A stretch of DNA of 64,000 bases from Bacteroidia bacterium (GTDB taxonomy: Bacteria > Bacteroidota > Bacteroidia > B-17B0 > Aurantibacillaceae). Below, in pieces: positions 35,469-44,219 of the stretch; within the stretch, counting starts at the first letter, position 1; each line of letters opens with the position of its first letter. A program made the translations under genes and the position numbers. Under the pieces are notes generated by a model. That model was not told where the DNA came from, searched no databases, and was given only the letters and a program-made list of their open reading frames with translations. The stretch lies in contig DAOMFS010000005.1 of assembly GCA_035429925.1 (NCBI GenBank), positions 15,904 to 79,903 of the forward strand, given 5' to 3'.

Positions 35469-37481
35469 ATGAAAAAAAACTACACAAAAATCAATCTGAA
35501 CAGGATTCGGCTCCTTGTTCTGATGCTAATGCCAGCACTGGCCGGTGTTTCCCAGGTCCTCTCTTACACCTATAACTTCACAGGAGCAGTACAAACCGTG
35601 ACCATTCCCAATTGTGTCACAGCAATCAATGTTGACGTGAGAGGCGCTCAGGGCGGTACCAACGCAGTTGGTACTATGACGGGGGCTTTAGGGGGACGGG
35701 TAACAGGCGTGTTAACTGTAACGCCAGGTGACGTGCTATATATTTATGTCGGCGGAATGAATGGCTACAACGGAGGCGGCGCCTCTGGCGTTTGTTCAGG
35801 TTGCGCACAGGCAGGTGGAGGAGTTGGAGGAGGTGCTTCTGATATCCGTTTAAATGGTAACACGCTTGCAAACCGAGTGGTGGTAGCTGGTGGTGGCGGA
35901 GGCGGAGGCGGTGACCGTATACCCACTTGTGGGCGCGGTGCAGGTGGTGGCGGTGGAGGCGGATACTACGGTGGTGGCGGCGGTTCAGGCTGGGCTGGTT
36001 CTACAGCCGGTGGTACAGTAGCCAGTGGCGGAACCCAAGCAGCAGGCGGTACTGGTGGTACGTCTACCTATGCCGTAGTCAACAACGGAGGCAATGGTGC
36101 CCTTGGCGTTGGCGGTGTTGGTGGTGGTGAAGTGGGATCAGGTCAGGGAACACCACAGCATACTGGATATGCTGGAGGTGGAGGCGGAGGTCTGGTTGGA
36201 AATAACGGTCTTGGAACTTTTGTAGCCTCATTCTGGCCAGGCTGTGGCGGTGCAGGAGGCTCAAGTTATCTCGGACCTCTTACAGGTGCATCTACTTTTT
36301 CTGAGACGAATGTCGGCGACGGTAAAATTATGATCTCGTATAATTTCGGTGTGCCAACCTTGTCAATTACCGGTTCAAATGGCGTGGTGTGTTCAGGCAG
36401 CACTGTTACCCTCACAGCGAGTGGTTCAACAAGCTATACCTGGAATACCGGAGCCACTACACCGGTGATTGTAGTTTCACCGACAGCCAACACAACATAT
36501 TCTGTGGTTGGCACCACAACAGCAGTTTGTCCGCCTTATGCAATGTTAAGTACAACTACCGTTGCTTTGCCAATTGTTACAGCAAGCACCAGTCTGGGTA
36601 CCGCCACAGTATGTCCTGGCACTAACGTGACCTTAACCGGCGGAGGAGCTGATATTTATACCTGGTCAGGCAATGCGCTCAACGGCGTACCATTCCCTGC
36701 CAACATAGGCAACACCACTTATACGGTGACTGGTACCAGCACGCTTACCGGCTGTTCGAACACCGCTACAGCGATTGTTCCGGTTTACCCGACTCCGCTT
36801 TCCATTACAGGACCAAGCGCAAGTTGCCAGGGTGCGCCAATCAACCTCACTGCCTTATCACCAGGCGCCAATGGTTTTATATGGAGCACAGGTTCTCAGT
36901 TCCAAAGCATTTCAGTGAACCCGAGCGTATCGACAGTTTATGTAGTAACCGTGACCACATCCGATTTCTGTAGCGTAACAGGGTCCATTTCGGTGGCCAT
37001 TACGCCCACACCCAATGTGGGTGCCACAGCAACACGCAGCTACATTTGCCGGGGTGAATCCACAACACTCAATGCCACAGGTGCGAGTACATATTCATGG
37101 ACCAATCTCGGTTCAGGACAAACCACTACTGTGAACCCATTGGTTACCACTGTGTACACCTTAACCGGAATCAGCAGCGCTTGTTCTGCAAGCACCACTG
37201 TTCAGGTGAAAGTGAGCATATGTTTGGGCATAGATGATCTAAGTTCAGGTAGCATTGGACTTACCCTGTCACCAAATCCCAACAATGGCACGTTCAGACT
37301 AAGTGCAAAAACCGATCTTGAACTCGATTTGATCAACGAAATAGGTCAGCACATACAGCGAATAACACTCTCGGAGAAAAACAACCACATGATTGAGATT
37401 TCTGGTTTGTCTCCGGGTGTATATTTCCTTAAGGACCTGGCAAGCGAGGGAAAATTCAGTCAGAAGATTTTGGTTCAGTAA
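35469..37481 (+). CDS. T9SS cargo: glycine-rich (polyglycine) N-terminal domain, Cys-containing Ig-like repeats, C-terminal CTD
   Basis: Signal peptide. Residues ~30-290 carry runs such as VVAGGGGGGGGD and GAGGGGGGGYYGGGGGSG. Then 4-5 repeats of the type C.G..VTLTA.G...YTW. CTD is LTLSPNPNNGTFRL...GVYFLKD...KILVQ. Confidence 0.8.
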   Translation: MKKNYTKINLNRIRLLVLMLMPALAGVSQVLSYTYNFTGAVQTVTIPNCVTAINVDVRGAQGGTNAVGTMTGALGGRVTGVLTVTPGDVLYIYVGGMNGYNGGGASGVCSGCAQAGGGVGGGASDIRLNGNTLANRVVVAGGGGGGGGDRIPTCGRGAGGGGGGGYYGGGGGSGWAGSTAGGTVASGGTQAAGGTGGTSTYAVVNNGGNGALGVGGVGGGEVGSGQGTPQHTGYAGGGGGGLVGNNGLGTFVASFWPGCGGAGGSSYLGPLTGASTFSETNVGDGKIMISYNFGVPTLSITGSNGVVCSGSTVTLTASGSTSYTWNTGATTPVIVVSPTANTTYSVVGTTTAVCPPYAMLSTTTVALPIVTASTSLGTATVCPGTNVTLTGGGADIYTWSGNALNGVPFPANIGNTTYTVTGTSTLTGCSNTATAIVPVYPTPLSITGPSASCQGAPINLTALSPGANGFIWSTGSQFQSISVNPSVSTVYVVTVTTSDFCSVTGSISVAITPTPNVGATATRSYICRGESTTLNATGASTYSWTNLGSGQTTTVNPLVTTVYTLTGISSACSASTTVQVKVSICLGIDDLSSGSIGLTLSPNPNNGTFRLSAKTDLELDLINEIGQHIQRITLSEKNNHMIEISGLSPGVYFLKDLASEGKFSQKILVQ

Positions 37482-37487
37482 ACAACT

Positions 37488-37516
37488 AAAAGCCCGTAGA
37501 CTCTACGGGCTTTTTT
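37488..37516 (+). terminator. rho-independent terminator
   Basis: 9-bp stem AGCCCGTAG/CTACGGGCT with a 3-nt loop, followed by T6, 7 nt after the stop. Confidence 0.7.
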
Positions 37517-37583
37517 CAAGTTAAATTTTTTGGCCTGATGATAATATTCCTTAACATTACTTTGAAAACCTAAGCCCAAACCA

Positions 37584-39632
37584 ATGACAACACACTTTAC
37601 AAATCAATCGCGCGCCTTTATGCTGTGCGCACTGGCATGCATTTTTCTATTTATTGGGAAAACCAGAGCCCAGCTAATCACCTACACCTTCAATTACACA
37701 GGCTCAATGCAAACGTTCACAGTTCCCAACTGCGTGTCTCTCATCAATTTTGACATACGGGGCGGACAAGGTGCAAATGCCCAGGATAAACTCACATCAA
37801 ATTCAACAGGTGGACTGGGTGGAAGAGTGGTTGGTGATCTCACTGTGACACCGGGCCAGGTTATTAACTTATTTATCGGAGGTTCAGGCAACACGAACGG
37901 CAACGGCGGTTTTAACGGAGGCGGAAATGGCGGTGCCTCAACTGCCGGTTCAAGCTGTGCAGGCGGACCCGCGGGAGGTGGCGGAGGTGCGACTGACGTC
38001 AGGGTTGGTGGCATTACGCTGGCTGACAGGGTTGCCATAGCTGGTGGCGGTGGCGGTTCAGGCCGTGATTATTGCAACGGTTCTTGCCAGCCATGCGGAT
38101 GTGGTGGAAGTGGTGGCGCCGGGGGCGGCCTCAGCGGGCTCGTGGGTCAGGCTGCCAACAACTGTGGTTTTAACTATCCGGGTAACGGCACAAACGGGGG
38201 TTCTCCCGGAACTGCTGCTACTGGTGGTGCAGGAGGCGTTGGTGACGGCGGTGGTCCGAATGGTACAGCCGGAGCATTAGGCCAGGGCGGAAATGGCGGA
38301 ACCGGATCTTATGACGTTGCAGGCGGAGGCGGAGGAGGCGGATACTACGGCGGTGGCGGCGGTGGAAGCGCTAGCAGCGGAAGTGGTGTTGGCGGCGGCG
38401 GCGGCGGCGGAGGATCTTCATATTTGGGCTCTCTTCTAAACGCAGTAACCACGCCCAGCTTCAATAGCGGTGATGGCAAGATCATTATATCTTACAATTT
38501 TGGTATTCCTTCTTTGAACATCACCGGTACGAATGGTTATATCTGCGCTGGCAATTCACTCACCCTCACAGCCGGTGGTTCTAATTCCTATACCTGGAGT
38601 ACAGGTTCAACCAGTACCAGCATAGTTGTTTCTCCTACCACCATCACAACCTACTCTGTAATCGGCACCACAACGGCGGCTTGTCCCCCATACGCAATAG
38701 TAAGTATCACTGCAGTGCCACTTCCCATTGTAACGGCCAGCAGCAGCACCGGATTTACAGTATGTCCAGGCACCAACGTAACACTCAACGGAAACGGCGC
38801 ACATTTGTACACCTGGTCAGGTGGTATTCTGGATGGTGTGCCGTTCCCTGCTCCTCTGGCCACTACTATTTATACTGTTGTTGGCACCAACACGCTCACA
38901 GGCTGCACCAATTCAGCAACCGCTCAGATCGATGTGTACCCCACTGCGTTCTCACTGAGCAGCCCAACAAGTATTTGCAACGGCGACGCCGTGACCCTCA
39001 ATGCTTATTCTCCTGGCGCCAATGGATACCTTTGGAGCAACGGTTCACCTTTGCCTAACATCACCGTTAACCCTGCTGTTAGCACTGTTTACGGCGTGAC
39101 GGTCACAACTGCTGATTTCTGCGTCACCAGCAACTCTGTTTTGGTAACGGTGAACCCCACACCCACTGTTCTTGCCAGCTCTACACGCACAAGTATCTGC
39201 AGAGGAGAATCCACTACAATAAACGCCACAGGAGCCAGCTCATATTCATGGACAACCGGCGCAACCACTTCTTCTGTCTCGGTTTCACCCAACACCACAA
39301 CGGTTTACAGTGTAACTGGTACAAGTAATGGCTGCAAAGGCATTGCGAGCATCAACATAAAAGTAAGCCTTTGCCTTGGCATCAACGAGCTCAGTGGCCT
39401 GCCTGCCGGCATTCAGGTTTATCCCAACCCCAGCAATGGCAATTTTAAAGTGGAAGGTGACAAATCCGGTGAACTTGAACTCATCAATGAGGTCGGACAA
39501 CATGTTCGTACATTATCCCTCACTGAGAAGAACAATTTCACAGCCGAAGTGAATAATCTTTCTTCCGGTGTGTATTTCCTCAAATCCATGAACAGTGATC
39601 AGAAATGGTCGCAGAAAATTGTGGTGAACTGA
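37584..39632 (+). CDS. T9SS cargo, paralog of 35469-37481 (glycine-rich domain, Ig-like repeats, CTD)
   Basis: Same architecture, alignable along its whole length: YTFNYTGSMQTFTVPNCV..., VAIAGGGGGSG, AGGGGGGGYYGGGGGGSASSGSGVGGGGGGGGSSYLG, DGKIIISYNFG, then repeats and the CTD GIQVYPNPSNGNFKV...GVYFLKS...KIVVN. Confidence 0.8.
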   Translation: MTTHFTNQSRAFMLCALACIFLFIGKTRAQLITYTFNYTGSMQTFTVPNCVSLINFDIRGGQGANAQDKLTSNSTGGLGGRVVGDLTVTPGQVINLFIGGSGNTNGNGGFNGGGNGGASTAGSSCAGGPAGGGGGATDVRVGGITLADRVAIAGGGGGSGRDYCNGSCQPCGCGGSGGAGGGLSGLVGQAANNCGFNYPGNGTNGGSPGTAATGGAGGVGDGGGPNGTAGALGQGGNGGTGSYDVAGGGGGGGYYGGGGGGSASSGSGVGGGGGGGGSSYLGSLLNAVTTPSFNSGDGKIIISYNFGIPSLNITGTNGYICAGNSLTLTAGGSNSYTWSTGSTSTSIVVSPTTITTYSVIGTTTAACPPYAIVSITAVPLPIVTASSSTGFTVCPGTNVTLNGNGAHLYTWSGGILDGVPFPAPLATTIYTVVGTNTLTGCTNSATAQIDVYPTAFSLSSPTSICNGDAVTLNAYSPGANGYLWSNGSPLPNITVNPAVSTVYGVTVTTADFCVTSNSVLVTVNPTPTVLASSTRTSICRGESTTINATGASSYSWTTGATTSSVSVSPNTTTVYSVTGTSNGCKGIASINIKVSLCLGINELSGLPAGIQVYPNPSNGNFKVEGDKSGELELINEVGQHVRTLSLTEKNNFTAEVNNLSSGVYFLKSMNSDQKWSQKIVVN

Positions 39633-39654
39633 TATACCCTAAACTGAATGACAG

Positions 39655-39682
39655 AACCGCGGCAAAATGCCGCGGTTTTTTT
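39655..39682 (+). terminator. rho-independent terminator
   Basis: 9-bp stem AACCGCGGC/GCCGCGGTT with loop AAAAT, followed by T7. It abuts the stop of the convergent gene at 39681. Confidence 0.7.
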
Positions 39683-40721
39683 ATGCCATTTCGCGTTCTC
39701 TTACACCTTTAATAAAATCACTCAGCAAATATGCTATGAGTTTTCCGGTTTTGTTATCGGCTTTGATGTGAGAAAGTACAGGCGCAGCCTCAGCGATATG
39801 AAGATAAACGCAGTTTCTATCAAGCGCTGCCCGGTAGACAAATTGCCTGGCCTCAAGCGGAGAAACTCCACTGCTGGTCTTGGCGCTGCTTGGTACATTT
39901 GTAATGGCGTCCATATCAATCTCCACAGCGCAGGCCTCCTGGCCCAAAAAAGACAGGCAGTGCTGTATAGCCTCCTGAAAGGAAACCTTTTCACGTACAA
40001 AGATATCCTCATAGCTTACTGAGTATACACGATCGGCATTTGCTCTGAAAGATTCCATGACCGCTCTGTTGTTGTATTGCTCGTGCATGCCCAGCACAGC
40101 ATATCTCCCCAGGAACTTTTCTTCAAAGGCATATCTGAATCCGTTCCCGCTGTGCCGGCCTTCGAGTGACCTGAAATCCAAATGCGGGTCACAGTTCAGT
40201 ACATTTAATGGTGCCTTGATCGCCATACTGGCTCCTTTTATATTTCCATAAGCATTGTTGTGTCCTCCTCCGATAACAAGCGCTGTTTTACCCGACTCCA
40301 CAGCCGCTTTCATCACAAGTGTTACACGCTCATCCAGGCGCGCAACTTGTTGCTTTAAAAAGTCCAAATCGCTTACATCGCGTCCTGTTTTTCCTTCACA
40401 GGCTTCCATGAGGTCATCCACATTCACTTCACCGAGCAAAAGTATGTCGGCAGAATGAATGAATTCATTGTCCTGCTGGTTTAAAAAACTTTCCAGCGCC
40501 GGTTTCCACGCCGTGTGGGCTCCTCCCCTGCCCTGGTTCGCCCTTACACCAATGTCCTCAGGTATTCCGAACAGCACAAAACGGCAAGAACTGTTTTTAA
40601 GATCACCTGGCCAGTCATTACCACACAATTGAATTTTTTCACCGAGTTTAAGTTCACCTGGTCTGGCGCGAATAAGTGCCGAAAGTGCTTCTTTCGAAAA
40701 GGTCCTGATCAATTCCTGCAT
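39681..40721 (-). CDS. arginase/ureohydrolase-family protein (formimidoylglutamase-like)
   Basis: GGGHNNAYG, NCDPHLDFR and IDMDAITN are the Mn-ligand motifs of the arginase fold. The start MQELIRTF at 40721 directly abuts the upstream stop, and the longer track start overlaps the RluA gene. Confidence 0.7.
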   Translation of the reverse strand: MQELIRTFSKEALSALIRARPGELKLGEKIQLCGNDWPGDLKNSSCRFVLFGIPEDIGVRANQGRGGAHTAWKPALESFLNQQDNEFIHSADILLLGEVNVDDLMEACEGKTGRDVSDLDFLKQQVARLDERVTLVMKAAVESGKTALVIGGGHNNAYGNIKGASMAIKAPLNVLNCDPHLDFRSLEGRHSGNGFRYAFEEKFLGRYAVLGMHEQYNNRAVMESFRANADRVYSVSYEDIFVREKVSFQEAIQHCLSFLGQEACAVEIDMDAITNVPSSAKTSSGVSPLEARQFVYRAALDRNCVYLHIAEAAPVLSHIKADNKTGKLIAYLLSDFIKGVREREMA

Positions 40722-40722
40722 G

Positions 40723-41451
40723 CTAAATGTTATTATGCTCTGCCTGCGATTTGAAGTAATTCCAGATACTATCCTTTGTGATTGGCCAGGCACTCAGCTC
40801 AATCTGTTCTTTTCTGACCGGATGTATAAATTGAAGAGAATAACTGTGGAGGTGAATAAATCCGCCTTCATTGTTCCGGGGAAATCCGTACTTCAGATCA
40901 CCCTTTATCGGACATCCAATGGCTGAAAGTTGCGCCCTGATCTGGTGGTGTCGCCCGGTGTGCAGATCTATTTTCAACAAATGGTATTTATCCGATCGTG
41001 CAATGACCTTGTAACTGAGCCTGGATTCAAGGGCGTGTGCCACGGGTTTGCTGAATGCCTTGGACATGTTATTCTTTTCATTCTTGAGCAGATAATGAAC
41101 AAGCGTATCCTCTTCCTTTGGCGGTTTGTTCTTGACCACAGCCAGGTAGTTTTTCTGTATGCTCTTGTCTCTGAACAATTCATTGAAACGGGACAAAGCC
41201 TTGCTCGTTTTGGCAAAGATCACCAGTCCGCTTACTGGTCTGTCAAGGCGGTGAATTACGCCACAAAACACATTACCCGGCTTGTGGTCCCTCTCCTTGA
41301 GGAACCCTTTGATTCGATCAGAAAGTGCTGCATCGCCGGTTTTATCCGCTTGAACCAGTTCTGAAGGCAATTTGTTAATCACCAGAATATGATTGTCTTC
41401 ATAAACAATTTGTTCCTGGGGTATGCCAGAAGTATGCAAAGATGGCTTCAT
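40723..41451 (-). CDS. RluA-family pseudouridine synthase
   Basis: GVIHRLDRPVSGLVIFAKT (catalytic Asp motif) and GRHHQIRAQL. Confidence 0.85.
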   Translation of the reverse strand: MKPSLHTSGIPQEQIVYEDNHILVINKLPSELVQADKTGDAALSDRIKGFLKERDHKPGNVFCGVIHRLDRPVSGLVIFAKTSKALSRFNELFRDKSIQKNYLAVVKNKPPKEEDTLVHYLLKNEKNNMSKAFSKPVAHALESRLSYKVIARSDKYHLLKIDLHTGRHHQIRAQLSAIGCPIKGDLKYGFPRNNEGGFIHLHSYSLQFIHPVRKEQIELSAWPITKDSIWNYFKSQAEHNNI

Positions 41452-43019
41452 CGGACTCCGGTTCTGGTGTTTTTTCGTTTGGGCTTGAACATGAGGTTAA
41501 ATCTGTATTCTATACCCTGTGAAGGCGATAAGGCCGGTGACAGGGCCAGATAACCTGTGTTGCTGATCAGGTAATACGCTTCTGTTCCGGATACAGAATA
41601 CAATTCCTTTGCGGACTTTCCGTTTATTGCTCCGTTGAACCAAATCGGCCAGTTGTACTTCGGATTGGAAGACACAAAGTCACGACATGCACGTATGCTG
41701 TCGTCCACGCAAATGCTCACAAACACCACCTTATCCCCAAACTTCTTTTTTAACGCGGCAATCTTGGGCATTTCACGCAAGCTCTCTGCGTTTCGTGTGG
41801 AGAAAAAATTCAAATACACCCATCTTCCCTTCAGGCTGTTCAAAGTAACCGCCTTTCCGACCGGAGTTAAGGCGCTGAACATTGGGGCGGCTGAGCCAGG
41901 TAACATTTTATTGGCAAAAGCAAGCATATGTGCTGCAATCTTTCTGTGTTCATCAATTCTGCTCAGCCTGTGAATCTGATCAATTAATCTCTTTACGGCT
42001 TCCTGCTCATAGTCTGAACTGAAATAAAACGACCAGAGGTTATGAAGAATAACAAGCTCCCTCAGGCTGTCGTTCTTCAAAAACCGATCCGATCTGAAAA
42101 CCGCATCCAGTTTTTGGTAATCGTTTTCTGTATTCACAAGGTGCTGCAGAGAACGTGAAGCATCAGCGGTTGATGCTGACTTCAGATAACCCGTGAAACA
42201 GGCGTTGAAAAAGTCCATATATGCTTTATGATGATAAAGTATGGGTCTGTTGAGTATATAAGCATTGATCAGAATATTCTCTCCCCTTGAAGCGCTGGCA
42301 TTCACCGAGGCTATTGAATATATCACGTGTGATTTGAAATACGGGTTTTGAATATTCCGGTAGCGCCTGTCGCATAATGCTTGCAGGGAGTCCGCTCGTT
42401 TAAATAACATAGGTCGGGAAAGAAAACGCTGATCATCGCCGCTGAAAAATCTGTTGTACAAACCCTGGAAATCAATCATGAGGGCATTCAGTTCAGTGCT
42501 GTCAAGTCCTATTATACCAATATTTAGCTCCAGCTCAGACCCATTATCATAGTTGTACGCAGGATCCAGTTCAGGCAGCGTAATTCCGTACACATAATCC
42601 GGTTGAACATACAAGCGTGCAATGGCCTGTTCAATTTTCAATTGCACCTGTTGTACATCCCCCGTATGAAAGTATAGTTCGAAATAACCATCCCGGTCAA
42701 TTGTATCTGTGGCTTCCTTATGCAGAATGTGTGTGACGCCATCGGTTTCCGTGTATAATTGAATAGGTTTGCCAATATAGCTTGTGTGGGCTTTGCCGCG
42801 GACAAGTACATTTTGTGAGATGAGAAATTCTCCTGAAAATACAAACAGGAATGCTAACAGGAGGTGTATTCCAGGTATGATACCACAAAAGGGAAAGCTT
42901 GTGTTTTTTAGTCTCTGATCAGTTCTCAATTCGGTCAAGAAGAAACATGTCCTTGTAGTTCTCAGACAATTCTCTGAGCATGGCATTGGAGATGTTGCCA
43001 AAGTAATAATCAAAATCAA
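41448..43019 (-). CDS. secreted protein with C-terminal TlpA/redoxin-like thioredoxin fold lacking the CXXC motif; start uncertain
   Basis: The C-terminus (GKAVTLNSLKGRWVYLNFFSTRNAESLREMPKIAALKKKFGDKVVFVSICVDD) aligns to the F-W-A-T-W-C-x-x-C region of TlpA-like proteins but reads FFSTRNAES. The hydrophobic segment IIPGIHLLLAFLFVFSG looks like a signal peptide. The only upstream ATGs (43019, 42986) overlap the preceding gene by 68-101 nt. Confidence 0.55.
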   Translation of the reverse strand: MILIITLATSPMPCSENCLRTTRTCFFLTELRTDQRLKNTSFPFCGIIPGIHLLLAFLFVFSGEFLISQNVLVRGKAHTSYIGKPIQLYTETDGVTHILHKEATDTIDRDGYFELYFHTGDVQQVQLKIEQAIARLYVQPDYVYGITLPELDPAYNYDNGSELELNIGIIGLDSTELNALMIDFQGLYNRFFSGDDQRFLSRPMLFKRADSLQALCDRRYRNIQNPYFKSHVIYSIASVNASASRGENILINAYILNRPILYHHKAYMDFFNACFTGYLKSASTADASRSLQHLVNTENDYQKLDAVFRSDRFLKNDSLRELVILHNLWSFYFSSDYEQEAVKRLIDQIHRLSRIDEHRKIAAHMLAFANKMLPGSAAPMFSALTPVGKAVTLNSLKGRWVYLNFFSTRNAESLREMPKIAALKKKFGDKVVFVSICVDDSIRACRDFVSSNPKYNWPIWFNGAINGKSAKELYSVSGTEAYYLISNTGYLALSPALSPSQGIEYRFNLMFKPKRKNTRTGVR

Positions 43020-43668
43020 TGTTTTTTGGATTTTGGAAGACCTCCTCTACTCTGGCCTTGATATAAACTGAAGAACGCCTGCCGGCCTTGCTGGTTAAGC
43101 CGGCTCCCAGATTAAGGGTACATTTTTGCAGACAATTGTCTTTGCCGCTGAAGCCGCCCACATGAAATGCAAAACCGGTCATAAGGGGCTGTGTAAGCGT
43201 ATTACAATGTCCTTCAAGTTTATAAAAAATGTATCCGGTATTCCAATCCCAGAACATATTCAGCCCGGGATCAAGGTAGCCGCTTTGGCTTCCACTCACA
43301 TTTCGTGCGCTATCCACGCCTATCAGAAATTCTACCTGATTATACGTGCCTTCAGGTAAGCCGTTAATCACAAAGTTTTCAACGCCTTCCACATGGCGCA
43401 CCAGGTAATAACTTTCAGGCACAGTATAAACCGATCCATCTGTATTTCTGAACTTAAGATTGGAAATGTAGTAATTAAATTTGCTGATGTTAAAACTGTC
43501 ACCGCTGAAATTCCTGTACCATTTGGTATCCGGAACAAGGGCTTCCGAATTCACGGTTGCCTTAAAAACCAGTTGAACACTTCCAGGCTCTATTTCTTCT
43601 ATTTTAGAGTCCTTCTTGCAGGAGAGTAAAAAAAGGACTGCCAGAAGTAAAGCAATTGATTTTTTCAT
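42919..43668 (-). CDS. MbnP-like lipoprotein, paralog of 31352-32098
   Basis: Lipobox LFLLSC. FNYYISNLKFRNTDGS, GTYNQVEFLIGVDS, MFWDWNTGYIFYKLEGH and FAFHVGG align with the corresponding blocks of the 31352-32098 product. Confidence 0.55.
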   Translation of the reverse strand: MKKSIALLLAVLFLLSCKKDSKIEEIEPGSVQLVFKATVNSEALVPDTKWYRNFSGDSFNISKFNYYISNLKFRNTDGSVYTVPESYYLVRHVEGVENFVINGLPEGTYNQVEFLIGVDSARNVSGSQSGYLDPGLNMFWDWNTGYIFYKLEGHCNTLTQPLMTGFAFHVGGFSGKDNCLQKCTLNLGAGLTSKAGRRSSVYIKARVEEVFQNPKNIDFDYYFGNISNAMLRELSENYKDMFLLDRIEN

Positions 43669-43694
43669 CTTTGTTCAAAGATACAATTTTATCT

Positions 43695-43907
43695 CTATGG
43701 CACCGGATCATATCCCTGACCACCCCATGGATGGCAGCGCAGGATGCGTTTTAATCCCAGCCAGGCACCTTTCAGAACACCGTGTTTTTGAATCGCCTCG
43801 GCAGTGTATTGTGAGCAGGACGGTGTGAACCGGCAGGCATTGGGAAGCAAAGGCCGAATGGCAAGCTGGTAAATACGCACCGGTAAAATGGCCAGTTTTT
43901 TTAACAT
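43695..43907 (-). CDS. yidD: membrane protein insertion efficiency factor YidD
   Basis: 70 aa; [19 protein letters not shown]...RILRCHPW is the YidD signature. Confidence 0.85.
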   Translation of the reverse strand: MLKKLAILPVRIYQLAIRPLLPNACRFTPSCSQYTAEAIQKHGVLKGAWLGLKRILRCHPWGGQGYDPVP

Positions 43908-43931
43908 GGAAAGGTCTGCTAAGTTACACTT

Positions 43932-44219
43932 TTAAGTCTTTTGGTCTTTCAGGTATTCATGCACTTCCTGCAAATAGTTTTTATGACTTGTGGCTCGGTC
44001 ATTTGCCACTATGATGCGCCTTTCAGACTTAAGGTAATGTTGAGTTTGTGTATCAGCCCTGTCCGCCTTTGAGGACCTGCCAACATGCATAGCCTGAAAG
44101 CCACCTGTACCGTTAAAATAACCATCCACGTATTCATTCCGAAAAATACGATCAGGCCTTGCCGGATTGGTTATATTTAATCCACCAAACCCAAACCCCA
44201 TGTTTAAACCTGCAATCAA
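43932..44219 (-). CDS. hypothetical small protein (weakly supported)
   Basis: The only ORF in a ~290-nt gap upstream of yidD, with no recognisable motif. Its 5' end would overlap the divergent metalloprotease start, so a shorter start (MHVG..., 44090) is possible. Confidence 0.3.
   Translation of the reverse strand: MIAGLNMGFGFGGLNITNPARPDRIFRNEYVDGYFNGTGGFQAMHVGRSSKADRADTQTQHYLKSERRIIVANDRATSHKNYLQEVHEYLKDQKT

Noticed and set aside
35674-36264. Short ORFs (W/R-rich 35927-36130; antisense 35674-35871 and 36079-36264) inside the first glycine-rich gene. The same applies to 37694-38280 in the second.
   Set aside because: These are alternative-frame or antisense readings of GGN repeats (giving W/R-rich or P-rich products). 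They lie fully inside well-supported paralogous CDSs.
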